DNA of 55,928 bases, counting the filler, from Dugesia japonica (lineage: Eukaryota), in NCBI GenBank assembly GCA_001938525.1. It is 4 parts of 4 records of this genome, joined end to end, with 100 filler letters (N's around TTAATTAATTAA, not from the genome) between each part and the next. Parts side by side here need not be neighbours in the genome. Positions count along the whole stretch, not along the records: positions 1 to 27,875 come from MQRL01603297.1; 3 more parts are not named here. One strand, 5' to 3'. Positions 1 through 11,900 of the stretch are shown here, in pieces. Position 1 is the first letter of the stretch. Each line of letters opens with the position of its first letter. The notes below the pieces were generated by a model. It had not been told where the DNA came from. It was given only the letters and a program-made list of their open reading frames with translations, and did not search any database. Both the position numbers and the translations under genes were made by a program.

Positions 1-63
1 AACTGTATTTCAAATTATTTCTTTGCTTTTTAAATTACAATTTCATATTAACATTTTTTTAAG

Positions 64-299
64 TTTAAAAGTGTTACAAGAATTGGAATTCTTTCAAATC
101 AAGATATCAATATTTTCACAAAAAATTTAAAATTGAAAGACAGTTATACATTAAAACATATCTATCTTGGAGAGTGTTCAGAGTCACAAATTGCTAATAT
201 TAATTCTTGTTTAAGAATTGGAGGACCTTTTGGAAACGACATGATAATTCGATTTCAATCACCTCTTACTCGCAACGAATGGTACAAATATTTAAACGA
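64..299 (+). CDS. RhoGAP gene exon, PH-domain C-terminal half
   Basis: tttaag acceptor, open frame FKSVTRIGILSNQ...RNEWYKYLN, gtaaat donor in phase 2. Confidence 0.8.
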
Positions 300-2914
300 G
301 TAAATTATTTCTTCGCGATTGCAATTCATAAATTTTTATATATCTTTAATTTTTAAATTTTAAAATCTTTGAAATTCACCAATTATTATAATTTAAATGT
401 TGATATATATAAATTTTAATATCGACTGGTTTTTTTAAAACAGAGTTTAATAATTCTAAATAATCGTTGAAGATTTATCTTCTGTCAAAAGATTAAAAAT
501 TATTAAAAGAAATCAAATTTTAATTGTAATTGTTATTGCCAAATTTATACTAGTTCAAGTGTTTAAAGTCTTATTTTAATGTTTTATAAATAAAAATAAA
601 CGCAATAAGTATTCTTACAAAAATAATTTAATTTGATAAAACCCAGGATTTGACGTATTTGTGCAAATAATATTGAGAATATACTGTTAAGTTTCTTGGA
701 GTAGAAATAGTTATTATTTGATAATTTTTAACCGGTATATTTGCGATACTATTTAATTTGCAGTACATATTAATAATTCCAATAAAAACATTAAAAATCT
801 GTAATTGAAAATTCGAGTTATACAATTGATTTTCTATTTTACCTTAAATAATATTGTGGAGAATACACTATCTTTATTTGTTCGCTAAATTGCAAATGAT
901 GCATTTCATTATTTATTTCCAATAAATACTATTTTTGTTCATTGATGTTTTATTAATTCTTTAAAATTCTATAAAAGAAATTGTTTACTATGAATTTTTT
1001 CTACTCACCAAATCACAAAAAATCATGTTTAAATAAATTATTTTTTACTATTTGTGGGTTTAAAAAAGTTTTTATAGACGTATTATTCATAAAGATAATT
1101 ATGTAGATTAACATGAAAAGGTCAGGAAATAAATTAAAAATTTGTGAGGTTTGAAAGAAAATGAACTTAAAGAAATTTTATTCATGTTTATTAATTCTAA
1201 AAGTGAATATTTTATGAAAAGTATTGATTTCGTAAAAAATAAGCTTTTTTGTAAACGAATTTTTTTATTTGCGCTTATTTTTTAATAATTTATATTAAGG
1301 GTCATAAAAAATCATGAGTATATTTGAAGTAAAAATCCTTATCCTTACATTCATTTTACATCAATTTAAAATAATAAATATAATTAATATTATTAATGTA
1401 AAATTGGATTTTTAAATTACAATCTTTCTTGAATATTTCAATTATAATAATAAATAAACATTTTTATTTGTATTTTGTTACACTCTGACTATTCGGTAAT
1501 ATTTTTTTTGATTACTATCGCCTTAAATTTGAAGAATACCCATTTTGTACTATAAAAATAATTTTATTTTATTCGTTTTTTATTGAAAAATTCTGAATTA
1601 AAATTTCAGGTTACTGGTTATAAGCAATATCTACATTCTAATTTAACTTAAAGAAATATTTTCTTTGTAACATAAAATTTATATTTCTTAACAATAAAAT
1701 ATCTGAATTTATTCAGATTATTTTCAAAATATTTTATATACTTACCTTTTCCTTACATTTATTTAACATGAAGTATAATTTTGTAAATTTAAATTTTTGT
1801 TTCATTTCTTAACTTTTCTGTAAATTATTTTATGAATCATCATTTTATTATTCTTGATTATATAATACGTATTTTATCATTATTATTGTGTTGAATTATT
1901 TGACTAAAGCAAAGCAACACATTCCTGAAAATTTATTACTGTTTATAACAAGTGACACAAACATATGTATTTGTATGTATTGATTAGATTTCATAAACTT
2001 TACTTCTATACTTATAAAAATTAAATTTTTTCAACATAATTAGAAAATCAATTCAAATTGTTTCAATGTTAATATTTAAAACTTTCTAAATTTTATTGAT
2101 TGATAATTCATCAGTAATCCATTTTAACAATTTTCAAAATATGAATATCTTAATGGTTGCAGAAGTTTTATTTATAGAATATTTCATTACAAAATTTCAA
2201 ATTTTGGTATGTTTAATCTACTAATTTCTTTTCAAAATGTATAAAACTTAATTATTTTACGCTCACATATATAATAGAAACATTGTTGCATATTACTTTG
2301 AATGGCATTTATTTAGTTTGTGCATGTAATACATATTATTTTTGAGAAATTTATTGACGTAATAGGAAATAGATATAAATTATTTTTAATTAATAATATT
2401 TATTTGATGTTATCAATTATTAGATTACAATTTTTTGAAGTTTGACGATATTCTAATAATACTAATAATAATTTTTCAATTGCAATTATTGTGAGAATAA
2501 TTGTTGGACATAACCATTGATCGTTTTACAGAATTCATTTAAAATAAAAGCTTCGATCAAAATATTTGTTTTTTTATTGATATTTGATAACAATTCGATA
2601 TTTCGACCTTGTCTTCGTCAGGAATTGACTTTTTAGTCAATTCCTGACGAAGACAAGGTCGAAATATCGAATTGTTATCAAATATCAATAAAAAACAAAT
2701 ATTTTGATCGAAGCTTTTTTTTTAAATTATTACTAAAAAAAATNNNNNNNNNNNNNNNNNNNNNNNNNNNNNNNNNNNNNNNNNNNNNNNNNNNNNNNNN
2801 NNNNNNNNNNNNNNNNNNNNNNNNNNNNNNNNNNNNNNNNNNNNNNNNNNNNNNNNNNNNNNNNNNNNNNNNNNNNNNNNNNNNNNNNNNNNNNNNNNNN
2901 NNNNNNNNNNNNNN

Positions 2915-2974
<60 letters not shown>

Positions 2975-5900
2975 TAATAATAATGATTCATTCATTTATT
3001 CATTCATTACAGAAAGATTACTGCATACCAAGAAATAATAAAAAGTTCTATATCTTCAATTACCATTTTCAATGATACCAATCCTACCTCCTCAGTTAGA
3101 ACTTAGTTATTTCCATTATTATCTGTATTCATCATTATGTAAAATAGGCTCCACTGGTTTCCAAACCACTGCAAATTAATGGAACTACAAATGGATCTAA
3201 TTTAAAAAAAATGGCAATGAGTATTTTCGAAATTAAAGACGTTAGTATTATGCTTTTTGTCAAATTATAATTTAAGTTATTTTAATATACATTAGTAGAA
3301 TTTCAATTAGATTTTAGAATTACGGAAATGTAATAAATTAAGAATTCTTCTTCAGGAATATCAGTAATATTTTATCTTATTGATATTCCTGAAGAAAACA
3401 ATAATCGAAAATTCGAATAATACAAAAAACAACGAAATTTTTATCGAAGCTTATATTTTAATGAAATCTTAAATGTGATGAATGGTTAAGTTCAACTATT
3501 ATTCTCGCAATAATTTTAATTGTAATAATTTTTTAAATCAATTTTTTTATTTTAAAATATTTTATTTTGCAAAAATATTTTTTTTAATCCGCATTTATAT
3601 TTTTTCGGTATAATTATGATAGATGTTTATTATTACTTTGATTGTTGTTTGAAATATAAAAATTATTAAACCATAAGTTAAGCTCATTTGCTATTTTAAA
3701 TCAAGTTCTAATATCACAATATCCATTGATAATTAAACATACCGTCATTGGATTACATATGATCATCTTCACTGTATATCTAATGAAACGTGTTTAAATT
3801 CATTTAATCTATATCGCAATCATGTAATTATGTCATTAATTTTTTATTGTTTTAGTTCATAAGTAATTTAAAATCAACTAGATAATATATTTAAGCTTTT
3901 TTAAAATAATATTTAAATAAATAATTTTTTAATTTTCACACACACACACACATATATACTACCTTAAATAATTGATTGTCATGCCAACATAATTCACGAC
4001 CTCAAATAAATAAAAATAGTCACAATATTCATGACATTAAAACTAGGAATAATGCAGGGAATACTCAAATATAATATTTAATTGTATAAAATGAGTGGAT
4101 TTACTGTAACTTGCCTAATGTCAGCAGTTTTATTATTTCTGTTTTTGTTTTTATAAATAAATAAAGTTTATAAATAGAAATATAAATTCCTTTAATAATT
4201 AATATTATGTTTCTAATGGTAAATTTAATGAAAGAAATAATTATTAATAGGCAAGAATATTGTATTGATAATATTACAATTTTATCAATAAGATATAGAA
4301 GTGTATCGGCATAAAGTATTTTATAAATTATTATTGTATTAATATTGATCACCGATCTAACTTAAATTAAATATCGTATTTATTTTAAAATGATTAAGAT
4401 ATTTATTAAACTAACTTATTTCAGTCTAACTGTTGAATGAGTTAAAATATTTTTAATCGAAATGAAACAAGAAGTTTATATACTAAACCATATTTAGTAA
4501 TTTTTTAATTTTGAGAGAATTATAAGTGTTCACTTTGTTAAAGTAATTTGCATAACAATTTTTGTTGGTTAGACCTTGTTGAAAGTAATGAATTTTTTAC
4601 AATAGATGTATTAAATGCTATTTACTTTCATAACTTATGAAGGGTTGTAAATGTGTTAATAAATGTAGTGAGTGTTTTCTGACAAACTACCGGGTTATTA
4701 TGCTTTTCGTATATCTTGAAAAATATTTATTCTAAGGACATTAAATTAAATACCATTGTCAGAGTTCTTGTAATTAAAATGTTTTTTAAATGTTTTTTTG
4801 AACTTATTTGCTAGGAGGCATAACATTTACAATTCCATCTAAAGTTTTATTTAAAAGAAAGAAAATTTCTTAATGTTTTGCTGCCATAAAAATGTTTAGT
4901 AATTCAGAAAACTACTTCAATAAATTTTAGATTTCGTAATCATAGCAAATAAGATCATAATAAAAAACTATCTGCTATCTTATTGATATTAATACAAAAT
5001 CACTTTACCATAATGATTTACTTTTCAAAAATGTTTGATGAAAAAAATGAAAACAGTTTGAGAAACAAGAATCAGTTGTTCACTTACCTAATTGATTCTT
5101 TATTAAATGTTTCCAATTGATATATAATTAGGCAATNACTTAATTTATTGATTAATAAGTTTAAGAAGTAAGAATTTTTAATTTTTAAAAATAAATCGAG
5201 CTCTTGATTTTTAAATTTTAATTCATAAATTTTGGAGATAATTTTAATTAAATAAATTTTAATTAATTATTTATTTAAAATAATAAATGATTGAATTTTA
5301 ATAATTGGTCAAGAGTCAAATTTATTTAAATTAAAAATACTCGATTTTAGACTGAAGTTTTAAAGAATGATAATTTGTTTAAATATCACAAATTAAGAAG
5401 AACATCTTGTTCGAATAAAATTATATTGGAACTTGAAAATTCTTTATTGAAACTACACCGTCTTTGCACGTTTGTTCTTACAATAAGCTTGTTTGATTTG
5501 ACAATAATTTATTTTTAAATGATTAAATTATAGTAACAATGCATTGATTATTCACTATAATCCAATTTTAAAATTTATTTATAAAATAAACTTCCAACAT
5601 ACTGTTGCGAACTTCAAAAAAAATATTAAATTTGATTATCTTTACCAAATTTTTCATTTCGTTTTTATATAAAGGCCCACCGAATGACAACTTGAGAATT
5701 AANAAGTTTGTTTTGAATTTCTATTTAAAAATGAACTAATAAATGGTTTTTTATATACTTAATTTTTAACTTAAAATGATAATTAATAATAACATTAAAT
5801 GAACTTTAATAATTTAATTCTAGATCGATTTCAAAGACTTAATAATCGTTTTCCTGTTGAAAAATAAAGAAAATATTCTTCACGGTATGTTTGGATATTT

Positions 5901-8900
5901 CAATTAATAAATATTTTTATAAATATTAAAAAAAATTGATTTTCATATAATCATAACAGCTTTTTAGATTACAAAATTATTTTAAAAAATTATTGTTTTT
6001 GGTTAATGGATTTCAATATTCTCAAAAAGAAATGTTATTAAAACATTTTATCTTGAATTAACATTTTCTAAATATTTAATGTTTTCTTATGTTAAATCGG
6101 TAAATTTTGTATATCGTTAAAAATATAATAAAAGTAAAATACTCAATAATTATACTCAAATTCTGTTGTTATGCAATAGATTCGTTCTCAAAAAACCCCC
6201 ATAAAACAGAATTAGGTGTATTATAAAAGCGGCAAATAAGAATAACGGATAAACGTTTATGAAATATAATTATATAAGCAAGTTTAACTATGTTTAAATG
6301 CAGTACACAGACATTTCATATAAATTTTTTTATACAAAACCTTTTCATATTTGTTTCAAATAATATTTTGTTTCAAGTAAATACGTGAAATTTTTATAAT
6401 TCTGTTCTGTTTGGCCATAAAAGGACAAATAATTTTGTGGAGGGTTGGCATTCGCGATTTCAAAAATCTTGCATTTCTAAACGTGCAACAATTCGGAAAT
6501 TTATCGAGTTCTTACAGAATGATGAAAAAGTCAATCAAGTGTTAATTTCGCAACTAAATGATGACCATAAAAGTATTCAACATCCTTTTAAGAAAAAATA
6601 CTAATAATGCTGAAAGGATTTCAATAATCGTAAGACCTATTTAGTTTGAAAAAGAGACGGTTAAATTGATGAATATATTTCAAACATTGAATGGCTTCTA
6701 AATTATAACTATATCAATATAATAAATAAATTTTAAATTTTGGGATCAGTGTTCAATTAGTTCATCAGTTTATTAGTGTATCATTAGTGTATTAGTATAT
6801 TAGTTAGTATTTAAATATTTATATATATATTAGTATACAAATTAGTATACAAATTAGTATATATATTAGTATATTTATTATTAGTTTTTTCTTTTTTTTA
6901 GTTTATATTTTCCAACTTGGATTAACTATTTTGATTAGTTTTATAATAGTAATGTTTTATAATAGTATTGTTTTATAATAAAATGTTTTATATGAAAAAG
7001 GTTTATATGGAAATTTTTTTTATGAAATGTTTGTGTAAGGAAACTATTTAAACTAATTTTGAGTTAATAACATAATTTTTTTCAAACGGACTGATTCATT
7101 TTAGAATTGTCAGTTGAATATTTAAAAAAACTGAGTATTTGTTTAAATATCGTTTTTTAAGGTTTAGTTATATTTTGAACTTATTGAATAAATCTGTTAT
7201 GGAAATTAAGACTTTTGATTTAACTGGCGATCCAGCCTAGTTGAACCTAATTACTCGAAACCAGGAAACCAAAGCAAATAGGATCTATGAAGCTTTGCCT
7301 AAAGAGTCAAGGGAATTACTAACCCCTAAAATTACGAAATTCTCTGGAGATTATGACGAAGACCCAGCAAAAAGTTTAAATGAAATTTCAATTTTTGCAG
7401 AATCAAACAGCTTTGATTTATTATCAACCTTTGATTTTTTATTAGACGGTGATGTAAAAGACCTGTGGCAAGAATTTAAAAGTCTGCAGAATGTCAACGA
7501 TAAAATGGCTAGTGAATGGTTTAAAGGAACATTTATAAAAAAAAGTCATTTCTCCGAATTATTGAAGAATGTAGTGAAATTCGACAAAAAGAAAATGAAT
7601 ATTTTGAAAACTTTGAATTAAGAGTTTTAAGATCAAAGAAATATTTGAATCAGGATTGACTGTGGAAAAAATTGCTCAACAAATAATCAAGAAAAGAGTT
7701 GGTTCCAAAGAGCTATGAAAACAATTTGCTCTTAAACCAGAAATTAAGCCTGATTAAATGAGAAAGTCTGCTGAAAATTTTGAGAAGAACGATGAAAATT
7801 TTGGTGGGTTACAGATGAATAAGTTGACTTACTCAGAAGTGGCAGCTGCAAGTTACAGTCAGAGAATTAAGAAAATTGATTTAAAAGGTTCTAACTCTCA
7901 TAAACCTAGGAATAAAGAAATTGAAAAAGTAATTCCAATTGCTGAAGAATTTAATAGTTCCAAAAACAGCAGAGACGGCCAATTTAGAAATATGCTAACA
8001 GTTTCCAAGTTTATTGCAAGTAAATTGTAAAATAGATAAGAAGAACTCCCTCCACCAAAAGAAGAACAATCAAAAAAAGGCTAATCCTTTTGCCGTGGTT
8101 TGATTGGTCACATACATAATAACATCCCTCTTAAATCATAATAATAATTGTATGAAATGCATTTCAGAAGATGACAATGTGGATGAAAGAAATAAAGATT
8201 TAAAGATGATCAATCATGATGCTAGCTATTTAAACGAAAGACACTCCATTGTTTCAATTTCGTCGCTGGAGTCAATAAAATATAAACTGAAAATCGGAAT
8301 TGTGATATGTATAAGAAGAATGATGGAAGAATTTGGAGTATGGTCAAAGTTAGGAGTAAATGGTCGAAATGTTGTTGGATACAAGTGGTTCAATATCAGT
8401 GATTGATACAAAGTTATGGAACGAGTGTGGATCTTTTACATTGGATAAATTTAATATTAAATTGAGTGGTGTATTCTCAAAAGAAGCAGTGAATTGTTCA
8501 GGAATTGGAAAGGTTGAAATAGAATTTGGAAATGTGAAGAGAATTGCTTATATTGTGATTGCTGATGGAATAAATCCAGAATTTCTTGGTGGAATTGATA
8601 TGTTTAATGCATTTAATATTCAATTAAAAATGCCCAACATATTGGTCTCAGAGAACATTAACAGCAAATTCAATGATAATGATCGTTTTAAGGCAGCATT
8701 ATCAGCCTTTAAACCGAAAGATAATGATTTAAAAGAAATGCTTCTAAAGTTTACAAATATATTTATGGCAGAAATTTTTATCTTGGAAAAACACATGTTG
8801 TAAAACATTTCATTCCGACAGTTGGTGATCCTATTCTACAACAACCTAAACGTCAACCAATACATCTTGAACAGTAGATTGATGAGTTGATTGAGCAACT

Positions 8901-11900
8901 GATAAAAAGCGATATTATCAAAGAATGCAGAAGTGCTTGGAATTTTTCGATGGTAATTGTTGGTAAAAAGAATGGCGCGATCAGAATGTGGCAAGACTTT
9001 AGAATGTTGAATGATTCTACAAAGAAATTTTCATTCCCAATGCCAGATCCACAAACCTTGTTTGATTACATTTGTGGCTGTACAATATTTTCAACTTTGG
9101 ATGTGGGGCAAGCTTATTATCAAGTAGAATTAAATGAAGATAAGATTAAAACGGCATTTTCAACAAAGAACGGACAATATTGCTACAATCGTATGCCATT
9201 TGGGTTATCAACTGCTCCAGCTACATTTCAGAAATTGATGCATACAATTTTGGATGGGATTTTATTTAAAGGTGTAATTGTATATATTGACGACATTTTA
9301 ATATTTGCAAAGAGTCGTTCTGACCATGATAAAATACTTGAAAATGTATTTCAAAGAATTCAGAATTCTGGTCTCAAAATCAATCCAAATAAATGTAAAC
9401 TATATCAAAGTGAGTTGTTATTTTTCGGCCATACAGTTAGCAAAGACGGATTGATGCCTAATTCAGAGAAAGTCTTAGAAATTGCAAAAGCAGAAATACC
9501 AAAATGCACTAAACAGCTACGTTCTTTTTTAGGCATGGCAAACTGTCACAGGAAGTTTGTTAAAAATTTTTCGTTACTTGCTAAACCATTATTTGCTGCA
9601 ACGGAGGGCCATAAATGAGAAATCCAATGGACTGAAGAGTGCAAAACAAGCTTAATGTACTGCACCAATACTAGGTTTTCCGGATTCAAGCAACCAATTC
9701 ATATTGGATACTGATGCTAGCTTTAGTGGGATTTGTGCAGTATTGAGCCAAATTCAAAACGTCGTGAAGTGGTAATTTCATACTGCTCAATACTAATAAA
9801 TGCTCATGAAAAAAAGTTATTGCGTGACACGTAAAAAATTGCTGGCGTTATATGAATTTATCAGACATTTTCGTCGTTATTTATATGGAAACATTTTGTA
9901 GCTCGAACTGATCACAAGGCATTGGAATTTATTAGGCGTTCACATAAATTAATTACGTCACAATTTCAAACCTGGATAACCGAATTGGCAGAATATGATT
10001 TTGAACTTAAATATTGGAAAGGTGAGCAGCACCAAAACACAGATGGTATGTCTCGTATTCTTTCAAGTTATTGTTCTCAGTGTCAAACCGAACATGTGTA
10101 CGCTAAAGTCAAGATGTCTAAAGTAAAATATTTGAGTGTTTTAGATTATTCTGTAGGCAATGTGTATAGCTATATTAACAGATTTAAGAGCAATGAATTG
10201 TTTATTTAAATGAAACAGTACCTCTCTGGAGAAGACAAAGAGATTCTTAAAGATCCAAACGAATCAATTTTCAGAAAACACTTGAATCATTTATTTGTAG
10301 AAGACAATTTGATAAGCATTGGACGTGATGGGGTTCGTAAGATTGCAGTACTACTAAATGAAATAAACGACTTTGTTAATAAAGTACATGAAGATTTATG
10401 TCATGTTAAAATGAAGAAAACTATAAAATATGTATCAGATTATTTCTTCTAGCCAAATATGATAAGAGATATTCAAAATATAATACAACAATGTCAATTT
10501 TGCATGCGCAGGAAAATAAGTTGTAAAAAGGTTCAAGATAAATTTATTCCGCGCGAAGTTAGTAATCCTATGGAACAAATCGTTATGGATATATCATATA
10601 TGGATATTGGTCGATCAAATAAAATATATATGATCGTTATATATGATTGTTATCATCGATCAATTTAGTAAAATGATTAGTCATACTGCAACAAACAATC
10701 AAAATGAAACCGCTGTAAAAAGCACTCTACTAAACCACTGGATTTATAATTTNNNNNNNNNNNNNNNNNNNNNNNNNNNNNNNNNNNNNNNNNNNNNNNN
10801 NNNNNNNNNNNNNNNNNNNNNNNNNNNNNNNNNNNNNNNNNNNNNNNNNNNNNNNNNNNNNNNNNNNNNNNNNNNNNNNNNNNNNNNNNNNNNNNNNNNN
10901 NNNNNNNNNNNNNNNNNNNNNNNNNNNNNNNNNNNNNNNNNNNNNNNNNNNNNNNNNNNNNNNNNNNNNNGAAAACCACAGAAAATCGTGTCAGACCGTG
11001 GTAAAGTATTTGTAGGGAAATTATTACAAAATCTAGCTTAATATTTCATGGATCTTTACATCTTCATATGAACATAAATCTAATTGATTAGCTGAATGAG
11101 CAATCAGAACAGTTCGAGACCTGATAGTGACTTCAATGAAAGCGGAAGAGTGTGAAAAATCTTGAGATGAACTTCTTCCTAGAGTAGAGTTTGTATTCAA
11201 TTGTACTATATCAAAGTCAACAGGATTCTCACCAATGGAAATCATATATAGGAGGAAGATAAATATTCACACAAATAAATAACACAACTTTGGAGAGGAC
11301 GAAATTATAAATAAAGCTTACGATAATATTAAACGATCAGCACAGACAATGATAAATCAAGGAAAAAACCGTGTTAGTCGCGAGTTCGAAGTAGGTGAAG
11401 ACGTGTTAATAAGAAAACTCCCAGAAACGGAAAAAGAATGATTTTAAAACTTTAAACTTAGTTTACAATTTTATTATAATTTATTTTTTATTAAAACATC
11501 TTGGAAATAAAACTTTAACTTTGATAACAAAGCAAATTATTATTAAAATTTGAGTAAAGTGAAATCTTTATTTTCAAATATAAATATTAGCTTCTTTGTA
11601 GATGATGTGTCACCTATGGTTTTACAAGAGCACGCAAACAACATTCAAGAAAATAATTGTGTTAAATCCTGTATGCATTGTGACAGAGGAACAGTCGCAG
11701 TTAAAATAATATATTATTTAAGGTCTAATCGACCCATAAACAGTAAATTTATAATAAAGTTTACATGAATTTGATCAAATAAATATCTAGCAATTTCAGA
11801 TAATACTGTGAAAGGATTGGTTCAAAATAAAAAACCCTATCAATCTAAGCTTAAACAAATCAAGTACAATATAAATGGTAGATGGATTGAAAACGAGATG

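Larger units (their letters stand above)
2475..2718. mobile_element. Hammerhead-bearing dispersed repeat (Penelope pLTR-like), inverted pair
   Basis: Longer copy 2475-2630 plus inverted partial copy 2635-2718; homologous to the copies listed below. Confidence 0.7.
7108..11440 (+). mobile_element. Degenerate Ty3/Gypsy LTR retrotransposon, 3'-truncated
   Basis: PBS, gag fragments 7241-8030, protease LLDTSGSISVI (8360), RT with YIDD (8887-9618), RNase H ILDTDAS/TDHKAL, integrase HHCC and core (10390-11250); many stops and frameshifts; no 3' LTR; 5' boundary approximate. Confidence 0.92.

Noticed and set aside
2678-2995. Poly-L, poly-Y and poly-I ORFs (also 28752-28982 and 37692-37931)
   Set aside because: Translations of (TAA/TTA)n microsatellites and N gaps
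3706-3823. Exon-like frames with an in-frame TAA, suggesting stop-codon reassignment
   Set aside because: The 1-kb terminal exon and all confident exons lack in-frame TAA, so an unresolved exon boundary is more likely
6760-6980. Short periodic repeats as a CRISPR array
   Set aside because: No unique spacers, no cas genes, eukaryotic context; this is a MULE-internal micro-repeat
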